Shown here: piece after piece, positions 28,563 to 38,258 of the stretch
How positions within the stretch are numbered: position 1 is the first letter of the stretch
Layout of the letters: every line of letters starts with the position of its first letter
DNA from: Fidelibacterota bacterium
GTDB lineage: Bacteria > Fidelibacterota > UBA8477 > JABMPR01
DNA: 63,829 nt
Direction: 5' to 3'
Assembly: GCA_013202385.1 (NCBI GenBank)
Contig: JABMOT010000130.1
Location: 1-63,829 of the forward strand
Notes under the pieces: model-generated
The model's input: the letters and a program-made list of their open reading frames with translations, nothing else
Databases searched by the model: none
Told to the model about the DNA's origin: nothing
Translations under genes and position numbers: made by a program

Positions 28563-29921
28563 TTACTGAGTCAGCCATTCATTGGCTTTATCTAATTGAC
28601 CTAATTTGGCATAGATTGATGCAATTTTTCGCTTCGCATTGGCATCGTCCGGTTTTAATTGGACCAATCTCAAATAAACTTGAAGTGAAGCGTCATATTC
28701 CCCCATCCGCAGCAAAATATTTGCAATTGCGTTGAGATAGGCTGGTAACTCACCCTCCAGTTGAATGAGCTTAGCCAAAACATCCAATGCTGTCGGCCAA
28801 TCTTCCAACCGCTCCAGAACTTTAAAATAATTTTTTAGAACGCTTGTGTTGTCTTTGACCACTTCCATGCATGCTTTATAGCTTTGAGCAGCTTCGGCCC
28901 ATTTCTCAGCCTGAGCATAGAGGTCTCCCAAGCTCTTGGAAATAGTTGGCTGATCAATTTCGATATCTGTGGAGATTTCAGTCCCCGAGGACTGAATCAG
29001 CCGATTCACTGATTCTACTTTTGCCAAAGCTTCGATGGCTTCATCAATTTTTTTGGAGGCCATGGCAAGTCGGTAACGCAAAAAATAAGCAGCATTTTGA
29101 CGCTTTTTTAATTTCAATGACTTATTTATGAGGGGATTAACCTCACCAAGTCTTCCAAGGTCAAATAATGTATCAGCATAGTTATTGAGCAAAGACGCTT
29201 CCATTGAAGGATCAAACTGTTTTAATTGCAGAGCAATTCTATAGTGTTTTTCAGCCTCTATCAGTTTGCCATCAACTTTATAATTGTGGGCAAGTGTGTA
29301 ATGACTATATGCACTATTTGGGTTCGCCAAGACTTCTGATTCCAGAATATTTCTGTTCCGGGCTTGCTTATCTGTTTTCGCCTGTCCCGTAAAGCTGTAG
29401 CCGAGATGATCAAGAATCACTGTACATGATCGCTCCAGGGCACAGAGTTTTTTGGCACTGGGTGAAATTTGCTCATGGATTTTTCCAGTAAAATTTATCC
29501 CGCGCTTATTCGTGAAAAGTCTGTGGGCATCTGACCAGGTATAGTTGAGACCGTCTTCCTTCAAATTTTTAATTCTTAATTTGTAGATCACCGGTTTTAA
29601 TTCTGGAGTCAGCAGCTTCTTGAAAGCCGGGACAGAAGCTTCAGAGAGGCGTTCATCAGCATCTATCCAGAGTATCCAATCCCCTGTCGCGTATTTTATG
29701 GATTCATTTCTGGCGGCGGCAAAATCATCGCACCATTTAAAGTGATATATTTCAGCGTTGAAGGATCTGGCAATTTCCAGCGTTTTATCGGTGGAACCAG
29801 TGTCAACCACAACCAACTGATCAGCCAGTTGTGAAACACTTTTCAAACAATTCTCAAGCAGGGCTTCCTCATTACGAACGATCAGGCAAACACTCAGCTT
29901 CATCTGTTGAGGAATATTCAT
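28563..29921 (-). CDS. Family 2 glycosyltransferase fused to TPR repeats
   Basis: GT2 core LSVCLIVRNEE...VVVDTGSTDKT...WILWIDADE, followed by ~250 aa of TPR-like helices. Confidence 0.85.
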   Translation of the reverse strand: MNIPQQMKLSVCLIVRNEEALLENCLKSVSQLADQLVVVDTGSTDKTLEIARSFNAEIYHFKWCDDFAAARNESIKYATGDWILWIDADERLSEASVPAFKKLLTPELKPVIYKLRIKNLKEDGLNYTWSDAHRLFTNKRGINFTGKIHEQISPSAKKLCALERSCTVILDHLGYSFTGQAKTDKQARNRNILESEVLANPNSAYSHYTLAHNYKVDGKLIEAEKHYRIALQLKQFDPSMEASLLNNYADTLFDLGRLGEVNPLINKSLKLKKRQNAAYFLRYRLAMASKKIDEAIEALAKVESVNRLIQSSGTEISTDIEIDQPTISKSLGDLYAQAEKWAEAAQSYKACMEVVKDNTSVLKNYFKVLERLEDWPTALDVLAKLIQLEGELPAYLNAIANILLRMGEYDASLQVYLRLVQLKPDDANAKRKIASIYAKLGQLDKANEWLTQ

Positions 29922-29977
29922 GCGCAGGCTGAATTACTGAATGACCAAAATTAACTCTGGGACAAGCTGCTCATTTG

Positions 29978-30958
29978 TCAAAGCTTAACATCCATGGCTT
30001 CAAATTCTTGGAGCGTTTCGTGCATGCCAACCAGGGTTTGAAGTTTCTCTTTATCCACAAGAAATGTTTTTACATCTTCGTTATCCAGTTTTGAAGAAAT
30101 AAGTCCTGCCTGACGATATTTTTTAAGCTCTGCTTTATAATCATCAAGGGGTTTATTGAATTGTTCCACAAACATCTCTTCGAACAGATGTTCCTCAATT
30201 TCCGGTTCCCAACGTTGCTCGCGCATCACCTTAAATAAAAACGAAATAAATTCGAGTTCATTCTCATTTGGCTTTTGAAAATGAATGGGTACTTCGTTCC
30301 CCTGTTTCTCAATAAACCTGGATTTACAATAATCAGCAAAGAATTTGAATTTTGAAAAATCTTTTACAATGAGCATGCGACCGTGTTCAGAGCTCATTTC
30401 ACTTTTCGCCATGGGTGTGAGGGTGATTTTGTTCATAACCCCGTCCACGTGAGCAGAGGGCAGATTTAGCAGTAAGGCGATATCCTGCACCAGGGGTTTC
30501 CAGGGAGTCGATATTTCATCCTGTAGATTTGGCTCCAGACCGGCCAATACATTGCTGACCATAAGCACGACCTGGCGGGAATGATCCTGGCTGGTCAGGG
30601 TTTCCGCATGCTTATTGGCATCTCTAAGACGCTCTGCCATAATCTGAAAAAACGAGCCCATCCACTTTGGCAAGCCTTCGAGATTTTTTTGAAATAACAT
30701 GCGGCTCATTTCAATACACTTGGTATTCCTTATGACCGTCACTGTTGCTGAACGAGGATATCCGTCGATCAAAGCCATTTCACCAAAGATGGCACCTTTG
30801 CTGAGATGGGCATAAACGACTTTTTGCTTATTCTTGATGGCAGAGACTTCAACCTCTCCAGATTGGATAATGAACATGGAAGCCCCGGGATCATTTTCCT
30901 TGAAAATGATATCCCCTTCGGCAAATTCTCTCAAACCCTTTTGTTCCATGAAATTCAT
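29978..30958 (-). CDS. Cyclic-nucleotide-binding (CAP-family effector) domain protein with an uncharacterised C-terminal extension
   Basis: cNMP-binding signature GDIIFKEND.G..MFIIQSGEV...FGEMALIDGYPRSATV. A possible degenerate HTH (LVQDIALLLNLPSAHVDGVMNKI) is followed by ~150 aa of unknown function. The GGAGGAG RBS lies inside the end of the upstream gene, with a 3-nt gap. Confidence 0.8.
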   Translation of the reverse strand: MNFMEQKGLREFAEGDIIFKENDPGASMFIIQSGEVEVSAIKNKQKVVYAHLSKGAIFGEMALIDGYPRSATVTVIRNTKCIEMSRMLFQKNLEGLPKWMGSFFQIMAERLRDANKHAETLTSQDHSRQVVLMVSNVLAGLEPNLQDEISTPWKPLVQDIALLLNLPSAHVDGVMNKITLTPMAKSEMSSEHGRMLIVKDFSKFKFFADYCKSRFIEKQGNEVPIHFQKPNENELEFISFLFKVMREQRWEPEIEEHLFEEMFVEQFNKPLDDYKAELKKYRQAGLISSKLDNEDVKTFLVDKEKLQTLVGMHETLQEFEAMDVKL

Positions 30959-30961
30959 GAT

Positions 30962-33900
30962 CTACTCCTCCCCACCCATTAATATACTTTTAGCCATAAT
31001 CTGCTCTGGATCTATAGAGAGGACTCTTTTTGCCAGCTCCCTCGCATCTTCAATTCGATCAGCCTCAAGGTTCAATTCAGCGAGGCGTAACAGGCTTGGG
31101 ATATCTTCTGGATGTGTAGATATGATATCCATAAGTACCTGAACACCTTCCTGGAAATGATCACTCATGAGCAGAATTTCCGCATAATTCCGATGTGCGT
31201 CAACAAATTCTGGATCATTTTCGAAGGCGAGCTTAAATAATTTAGTTGCACCATCAATATTGCCAGCTTCTGCAGATATCATTCCTGATAGATTAAATGC
31301 TGGCGCATTGTGTGGATCCAGATTGAGCACTCGGGTCACAGTTGCGATAGCCAGTTCAAGCTTGTTTGTGGTCTTGGCTGCCAGGGCGAGCCCCAGTAGA
31401 GCCTCGACATTCAATGGATCTTCTAAAACAAGAGTGTTCAACCGATCAAAGGCTGAATTATAATCCCCTAATTCAAGGTCATGCATTCCTGAAGCCATCT
31501 GTTTTGGATGGGTTTCCGCCAGGGGGTTTTTCAGCTCGATTAGTTCTTCGTAATCAACATCAGACCATTTCTGTTCGAACAGCTTACTCCTGGTTTTCAG
31601 AGATTCTGTATAATCAATCTTATTAGCCTTAAAGGTTTGACTCCCATAGTGGTGAATAAATACCCCTTCGTGAACCATTATGGCATATCCGGCTTGCCGG
31701 ACTTTGAGACAGAGGTCATCATCCTCAAAATTGCCGGAGCCAAAGCTTTCATCAAGACCGCCGACTTCGGAATAAAGTGCTTTTTCCATGAGGATTGCAA
31801 AACCTGCAATTCGTCTGCGGGCGCTTACCACCTTTTGATTCTGCTTAAGAACCTGCCCTGCAAACTCCTCAAATCCAGCAGTCTCCTTGTAAGGGACTTC
31901 TTTCAGCATTTGCCGGCCACTGATATGGTTGGTGATGGGACCGACCATGCCGATATGGGAATCCAGCTCAAGTGCTGAAACCATTGCAGAAAGCCAACCT
32001 CTGGCAACCAGGACATCGTTGTTAAGAAGTAGAATATATTTGCCTCTAGCGGCTTCCACACCTTGGTTATTCCCTGCAGAAAATCCCCTATTTTTTGGAT
32101 TCTGTATAAGTGTATAATTTGACTCGGATTGAACGAGTTCCTTGAGGTATGCCTGAGTTCCATCCTTGGAGGCATTATCTACAAAAATGATCTCATAAGA
32201 ATATTCGGTATTCTTTTTAATACTTTCCACGCATTCTCGTGTGTATTTGAGAGCATTCCAGGTGAGAATCACGATGGAGACCAGTGGTGAATTGAGCACA
32301 GGGGGTTCTTCCAGAACCTTTTTTAATATTTTTGCGGTTGCCAGGGGTGACCAATTGTCATTGACCAACTGACGACCATTGTCAGCCAATGTCTGCCATA
32401 GTGTTTCACTCTGATATGCTTTGACCACAGCATTGGTAAAGTCTGCTGGTTCATCGGCGATCAAACAATGTACACCATCTTTGAGATGCATGCCCTCTGC
32501 CCCAATGGTGGATGTCACGACAGGTAATCCCCAGGAAAGTGCTTCGCCTATTTTGCCCTTCATACCACCGCCATATCGAAGTGGATTGACAGAAATCCGT
32601 GCGTGGAACAGATAAGGAGAAATGTCTTCCACAAAGCCGGTTACAATGATATCCTCCCTTGCCAATTCGAAGACGTTTACAGGGGGATTATTCCCGACGA
32701 TGTAGAGCTTTAAATCAGGAATGCTTGTTTTTATTGCGGGGTAGATCTCCTGGCAAAAATACAGTATGGCATCACAATTGGGCGTATGATTGAAATTTCC
32801 TACAAAAAGTAAATCTTTAGTATCCACATAATGTTTCACAAATGGAACGTTTTTGTGGATATTCGGCAGAATATGAATGGGCTTTTTAATCCCAACCTTC
32901 TTTAGCTCCTGAAGGTCCTCCTCAGTCACAACCCATAAGCTGTCTGCAGCTTTGTAGGTTTTGATTTCCAGGGATTTTCTCATTCTCGATTCTTCCAGGG
33001 CTTTTGAATCACCCGTTAGTGCAGCCTCACGGAGCTCGCGGATAAAATGAACATCTACTGTGTCCACCACGATCTGTGTTTTGGGAGAGAGTCGACGGAT
33101 GATTGGCGTATAATAGGCAGCAATGTTCCAGAAGGATAGAATGGCAACCTGAAACTGCTTTTCGTTGAACAATAATTCATAATCTATGGGTTTCATTTTG
33201 TCGAGAGCTGGATCATCGCTGATATCTCGCAGCGCTCCCACATCCTGCGGATAAACCTCCACCCCCAACTCAATGAGACGTTTGATGTAGCGGACATCAC
33301 TGGCATTGCTGATACGGGCGATAAAGACAACGTGGTAATTTGCCGCTGCAAGAATTTCGATGGTCTGAAACAGGCGCAAGGACCCCGATGCACGATCCCA
33401 CATGGGCAGTAACGGATCTGCAATGAGAATGTTAGCTCTGTTGCCCCTTTCCGCTGCTTGAATGACATTTTCAGGTTTGTGATCACACTGGTTGGACAAT
33501 TCCCAGTTCCATTTTTCCATAAATTTTACGCGGTTAATTGCCTGGAAGCGTTTAAAGCCGGAATCAATGTCCGTCCCAGCTGTCTTGCCCTCATAATGGA
33601 TCACTTCGCTGAGTGGATGATAGAAAACTTTATATCCATGCTTACGAACTTCAAAACAAAGATCCGTATCCTCATAGTAGGCTGGAGCATAGCGTTGGTC
33701 AAATCCACCAATCTCATTCCATAGATGGGTCCTAATTGTCAGGGCTGCACCGGAACAGTAATCTACGTCTCTGACATAATTAAAGCGTGGATCACGAGGA
33801 TCCATGCCGCGACCCACATTCCAGCCATCACCATCTGAGAAAATGATCCCACCGGCTTCCTGGAGAACCCCATCAGCATAGATGAGCTTTGAGCCCACAG

Positions 33901-36900
33901 CACCGCAATCAGGGCGTTCCTTCATGAGGTCAACAACAGCCTTCATCCAGCTCGGCTTCACCTCCGTATCGTTGTTGAGAAAGAGAATAAATTCACCAGA
34001 AGCATGGGCAGCACCGGAGTTACAACCACCCACAAACCCAAGATTATCAGGATGAGAGATGAATTTAAAGTGCTCGTCTTGAATACTTTTAAGATAATCA
34101 GCAGTGCCATCTGTGGAGCCATTGTCTACAATGATAACTTCGTAATTGGGATGTCGTGTATTTTTAAGTATGGATTTGATACATTTATGCGTGTATTCAA
34201 GATTATTGAAAACGGGAATAACAACTGAAACCCTAGGGAAATTGCCTTCGAGCTCCATTTTTGCGCCAGCACCTGGATCAGAAAGATGTGGCAGAAAGGC
34301 TTGCACCTGATTGTAATATTCAGCCAGATTCAGTGTATGATGTCGGCTTGAGAGCGCTTCTTCAGGGGTTTGGAAGAGAAATCTTGGTTCTTTTACCGTA
34401 CCCTTCTTCTGGACCTTGATGAAGGCTTGAGTTGGAGAGAGTTTTTTCGCCTTCAGCAGTGAAATATCCAAAGCCAGAATATCAAGAATAAGTTTTCGAT
34501 CCTGAGCGTCATCTGCGTTAAAATTGGGGCCATAACCACGATCCACAAATCGATTGATAATGGTAGCAAATGGCATAAACATTTCAATATCAAAAATTTG
34601 GATCAGTTTTGGAAGGATATCCTGGGCCCGAATGCCTTCGAAGCCATCCAGACTACAATCTCTATTGAAAGGCTGTAGATCATATTTTTTACTATAGTTA
34701 TTCAGTCTGAAACGTTGATCCAGGCGTCGCCAGATTTCCTTGACTACCTGTTGGGCATTTGGCCACATAACATGGCCATTGCGACCAATCATATCATTGA
34801 TCAGAAAGATCATATCATCACTGGAACGCTCCGAAATCTGTTTAAATAGCCGTTCCAGTTCCACCAGATGATGCAGTGAATGATTCGCCAGGACAACATC
34901 AATCGGACCCTGTAGATCGGGATTGTTAAGGTCTTGAATTTCAAAGGAGACATTCTTTAGACCTTCGCTTTTGGCAGCGGCACGAGCCCTTTCAATCATG
35001 TTTGGATTTACATCCACACCGATAAATTGAACTTTTTCCGGCGCTGCAAGCCGTTTTAACAGTCCGATCTCAGTATCGCCATTTCCACAAGCCAATGAAA
35101 GAATGAAGATGGTTCGATCCGCTCGCACAACAAAATCATCTATTTCTTTAACCCACCAGGATAGGGAATCACCCCGACCGGTTAATTCTGTCAAATGGGG
35201 TACGAGGAAATCTCGTGCATAAACATTATGTATTTCAGGAAGGTTATGAACTTCAGTATTATGTTCATAGATAGCGATTTCCTGATTTAGCTTCGACTGA
35301 TAATTTGGCAAAGAAGCGACTTGTTGTGCCCTGTCACGGCGTGGGGGTGCATTATCACAAATCTCTGAATAGGGTAACAAGCCAACTTTTGCGTAATGGG
35401 CTTCCAGGTTGCAGATATATATTTCTCCACCTGTTTTACAAATATGGTTTTCGACCCAGGGGATACAATAATCCTGTTTATACCCTCCCACTTCTTCCAT
35501 GATATTACTGTGTTTTCCACTTTTCTTCATCAGGTCATAGGTCCAATCGTGGAGTGATGAATCCTGCTCATATTCATCCTGGAAAAAATATTCATTCGAA
35601 TTCATATCTGTTCCGACCAGTTTGATTCTATTCAGCGGTCGCAACGCATGGGCGAAATTCATTGCAGAAGTAAGGGTTCCTTTAAAATGGAATAAATTTT
35701 TGTCTATTGATTTGCTCCAACCAATTTTATCTAATTCTGGATTCCAGCCATCGCCGGTGAGTGGATGAAGTGATGATACGATGATGGGGTTTGGCAGATG
35801 TTGTGCTTTTGCATATTTCCCCAATTTCTCCCCAAAAACTAATATTACGCCGTGCAGTTTCTCGTCATTGATTATTTTGTCAAGTGTTCGCAGGAAAACT
35901 CTCTGACTGGGTTCATCATTCGCATCAAATTGAATGTGATATTTGGGGATGATACCCACTAAGTCATAAAAGAGCAGGTATTTATTAATGCTGATAGAAA
36001 CATCTGCCCGGTTTATATAGGCGACCTCTTTTTTATCCAGGGTTAGTAATGATTTACCGCTTCCAAGAATAAAACTTTCCTGAGAACTTCTTTTCTTCTT
36101 ATCGTCAGCGTCACCTGTTTCAGGAAGTGAGGCAAGGGCTGCTTTATCCACTATTGCCTGCTGCTCAATTTTTTTAGCCATGCTTTCAAATTCTCGGACA
36201 ATGACTTCATATTCATCGTCTTCCCAAACCCAGCGCTGAAATTGATTCAGCCAGGGTAATTGCGCGCCGACCTCCAAGCCAATCGATTTGAGATGTTGAA
36301 CCGATGTGGCAGCACAATTTTGGGTAATTATTTTAAACATGAGAAAACGAATTGATTCGCTGAATGCACCAAATATTCCTGGTCCATTGGCGACAAACAT
36401 GTTCAGATAAGCCCTTTCATACAGAGCAATTCTTATTTCCAGATTCCAGACCACATCAGGAAATAGATTTAAATTCTTCAACGGTTCAGGGATGGGTTGA
36501 AGAGCCGCTTCAGTATCCCTGATGATAACTGGATAATACGTTTCTGAATTAAGAGAAGTGGCGAATTTTGCCCATGCTTCAAGAGTGCTGTTGCGACCTA
36601 ACTCGTAAGAACATTCTCGAAGCGTAATCGTAACTATTTTCTTCTTCCCTACATGGGTATCAATCCATTGATCGATAAACGCTCCCGCCTGTTTCGATGA
36701 TTTTACAAAAGCCAGGCTACCTGCTCTGGTAAACTCTGGTATCAGATTTGATAGTAAATATTTGCCTCGAGGGCTGTCTAAATTGTAATCCAATGGAAAT
36801 ATGTCATGATTGGCATCGGTGACATGACTAACGACTTCGCTGCGAGAACCGCAAACAGTTACACCGCTGCAAGAAGGAAACGACCAGCAGCAGGGAACCA

Positions 36901-37168
36901 AAATATTTCTTAATCTCCAGCCCATATAATCGTGATCTTTTGTTTCAGGCAGATCTTTGTTATAGTTTTCAAAGTTGCCAGGTCTGAATCCATTATCCGG
37001 CCCTGGAACAATGACAACGTGCATTTTTTGATAATCATATTTTTTACGTTCATTTTCGGCTAAGACCAAAAACGATATGATATCAAAAGTTGCTGGTGAA
37101 ACAGCCAAATCATAAAATGCGTAAATTGTATCTCTCGAGTCTTTGCTGTTGTAAAATAATTCGTTCAT
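30962..37168 (-). CDS. Giant (~2070 aa) multidomain glycosylation enzyme: GT-B-like N-domain, MptE/DUF115(Maf)-like domain, class I SAM methyltransferase, GT2, GT4 (group 1), second GT2, TPR
   Basis: Methyltransferase motif ILSLACGNGDTE (about nt 35100). GT2 no. 1 VSVVIPVFNN..IIVDNGSTDGT (from about 34235). GT4 motif GGMKGKIGEALSWGLPVVTS. GT2 no. 2 VSIVILTWN..IFVDNASKDGT (from about 32285). C-terminal TPR helices run to 30962. The preferred start is the ATG at 37168, after a GAGGG RBS. The ORF track starts at a TTG at 37186. Confidence 0.85.
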   Translation of the reverse strand: MNELFYNSKDSRDTIYAFYDLAVSPATFDIISFLVLAENERKKYDYQKMHVVIVPGPDNGFRPGNFENYNKDLPETKDHDYMGWRLRNILVPCCWSFPSCSGVTVCGSRSEVVSHVTDANHDIFPLDYNLDSPRGKYLLSNLIPEFTRAGSLAFVKSSKQAGAFIDQWIDTHVGKKKIVTITLRECSYELGRNSTLEAWAKFATSLNSETYYPVIIRDTEAALQPIPEPLKNLNLFPDVVWNLEIRIALYERAYLNMFVANGPGIFGAFSESIRFLMFKIITQNCAATSVQHLKSIGLEVGAQLPWLNQFQRWVWEDDEYEVIVREFESMAKKIEQQAIVDKAALASLPETGDADDKKKRSSQESFILGSGKSLLTLDKKEVAYINRADVSISINKYLLFYDLVGIIPKYHIQFDANDEPSQRVFLRTLDKIINDEKLHGVILVFGEKLGKYAKAQHLPNPIIVSSLHPLTGDGWNPELDKIGWSKSIDKNLFHFKGTLTSAMNFAHALRPLNRIKLVGTDMNSNEYFFQDEYEQDSSLHDWTYDLMKKSGKHSNIMEEVGGYKQDYCIPWVENHICKTGGEIYICNLEAHYAKVGLLPYSEICDNAPPRRDRAQQVASLPNYQSKLNQEIAIYEHNTEVHNLPEIHNVYARDFLVPHLTELTGRGDSLSWWVKEIDDFVVRADRTIFILSLACGNGDTEIGLLKRLAAPEKVQFIGVDVNPNMIERARAAAKSEGLKNVSFEIQDLNNPDLQGPIDVVLANHSLHHLVELERLFKQISERSSDDMIFLINDMIGRNGHVMWPNAQQVVKEIWRRLDQRFRLNNYSKKYDLQPFNRDCSLDGFEGIRAQDILPKLIQIFDIEMFMPFATIINRFVDRGYGPNFNADDAQDRKLILDILALDISLLKAKKLSPTQAFIKVQKKGTVKEPRFLFQTPEEALSSRHHTLNLAEYYNQVQAFLPHLSDPGAGAKMELEGNFPRVSVVIPVFNNLEYTHKCIKSILKNTRHPNYEVIIVDNGSTDGTADYLKSIQDEHFKFISHPDNLGFVGGCNSGAAHASGEFILFLNNDTEVKPSWMKAVVDLMKERPDCGAVGSKLIYADGVLQEAGGIIFSDGDGWNVGRGMDPRDPRFNYVRDVDYCSGAALTIRTHLWNEIGGFDQRYAPAYYEDTDLCFEVRKHGYKVFYHPLSEVIHYEGKTAGTDIDSGFKRFQAINRVKFMEKWNWELSNQCDHKPENVIQAAERGNRANILIADPLLPMWDRASGSLRLFQTIEILAAANYHVVFIARISNASDVRYIKRLIELGVEVYPQDVGALRDISDDPALDKMKPIDYELLFNEKQFQVAILSFWNIAAYYTPIIRRLSPKTQIVVDTVDVHFIRELREAALTGDSKALEESRMRKSLEIKTYKAADSLWVVTEEDLQELKKVGIKKPIHILPNIHKNVPFVKHYVDTKDLLFVGNFNHTPNCDAILYFCQEIYPAIKTSIPDLKLYIVGNNPPVNVFELAREDIIVTGFVEDISPYLFHARISVNPLRYGGGMKGKIGEALSWGLPVVTSTIGAEGMHLKDGVHCLIADEPADFTNAVVKAYQSETLWQTLADNGRQLVNDNWSPLATAKILKKVLEEPPVLNSPLVSIVILTWNALKYTRECVESIKKNTEYSYEIIFVDNASKDGTQAYLKELVQSESNYTLIQNPKNRGFSAGNNQGVEAARGKYILLLNNDVLVARGWLSAMVSALELDSHIGMVGPITNHISGRQMLKEVPYKETAGFEEFAGQVLKQNQKVVSARRRIAGFAILMEKALYSEVGGLDESFGSGNFEDDDLCLKVRQAGYAIMVHEGVFIHHYGSQTFKANKIDYTESLKTRSKLFEQKWSDVDYEELIELKNPLAETHPKQMASGMHDLELGDYNSAFDRLNTLVLEDPLNVEALLGLALAAKTTNKLELAIATVTRVLNLDPHNAPAFNLSGMISAEAGNIDGATKLFKLAFENDPEFVDAHRNYAEILLMSDHFQEGVQVLMDIISTHPEDIPSLLRLAELNLEADRIEDARELAKRVLSIDPEQIMAKSILMGGEE

Positions 37169-37182
37169 ATTAGCCCTCGATA

Positions 37183-38244
37183 TCAATCTTTTATTTTATG
37201 ATTTAGACAAACCAAAGCCCGGCCCACTTTACCTGCCTTCAATTCCGAGAAAGCCCTATTTATATCACCCAGAGAATATTCATGGGTCAACAGCGCGCTC
37301 AAATTAAGTTTATGCTCCAAGTGCCATTCCACATACTTGGGGATATCCAGGTCTGGATTTGTCTCACCACCCCAGGAACCACAGATATTTTTGCCCAATA
37401 TCAAATCCATGGGATCGATTGAGAATTGTTTTCCATGGGGAAGATTCCCGGCGATAATGCATTTACCCCCGTTGTTCATCACCGATTTGAAAGCTGTTTC
37501 CATGGAGACAATAGAGCCGGCAGATTCAATAGAATATTTCACACCTTTCCCTCCGGTTATATCCATGATTACTGCCAGAGCATCCTGGGTCGAGGCATTG
37601 ATTGTGTGAGTTGCCCCGCTTTTTGCTGCAAGCTCCAGTTTATAATCCACCACATCCACAGCAATAATTTGTCCGGCACCCAGGGCTGATGCTACAATCA
37701 CAGCACTTAACCCAATGCCCCCAACTCCAAATATGGCAACACTGTCACCGGGTTGGATGGAAGCATTATTGATAACAATCCCCGCGCCAGTTGGAATAGC
37801 ACATCCCAGCAGGGCAGCTTCTTTCAGGGGCATCTCTTTTGAAATGGGTATCAGTCTGTTTTCACTAATGACTGCTTTTTCCATGAATGTGCTTATAGCA
37901 CCTGAATTAATATTCTGCCCTTTAAGCTGATAGGTTGTCGAGGGGACATCCAGGCCAATGCCTTTTATCCAGGTCAACACAACGTGATCACCGGGTTTAA
38001 CTTTTTTAACTCCTTCACCAATTTCGAGTACCACACCAGAGCCCTCGTGACCAAGGGTGTGGGGCAGGTAATTATCTTTACCTTTAAGCCCTTCTATTTC
38101 GTTCAGTTGAGAGTGGCATAGCCCACTATAGGCAATGTCCACAAGCACTTGGCCAGCCTTAAGACTGGGAATGACCATTTCAATAGTGCGCAACGGTTCA
38201 TTTGTCTCGAAAAGTACTGCTGCCTTGGTTTTCATCGTCGTCAT
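37183..38244 (-). CDS. Zinc-dependent medium-chain alcohol dehydrogenase/reductase
   Basis: GLCHSQ...LGHEGSGVVLEIGEGV..KPGDHVV Zn-binding signature and the GVGGIGLSAV Rossmann motif. Confidence 0.85.
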   Translation of the reverse strand: MTTMKTKAAVLFETNEPLRTIEMVIPSLKAGQVLVDIAYSGLCHSQLNEIEGLKGKDNYLPHTLGHEGSGVVLEIGEGVKKVKPGDHVVLTWIKGIGLDVPSTTYQLKGQNINSGAISTFMEKAVISENRLIPISKEMPLKEAALLGCAIPTGAGIVINNASIQPGDSVAIFGVGGIGLSAVIVASALGAGQIIAVDVVDYKLELAAKSGATHTINASTQDALAVIMDITGGKGVKYSIESAGSIVSMETAFKSVMNNGGKCIIAGNLPHGKQFSIDPMDLILGKNICGSWGGETNPDLDIPKYVEWHLEHKLNLSALLTHEYSLGDINRAFSELKAGKVGRALVCLNHKIKD

Positions 38245-38258
38245 GTGTTGATCTCTTT

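Noticed and set aside
37169-37186. TTG at 37186 as the start of the giant transferase, and similar upstream extensions in the ORF track: 4099, 23793, 53138, 56871, 62387 and 54015.
   Set aside because: In each case an internal ATG has a better Shine-Dalgarno sequence or forms an ATGA coupling with the upstream gene, and the extra residues add no recognisable sequence. These starts remain predictions.
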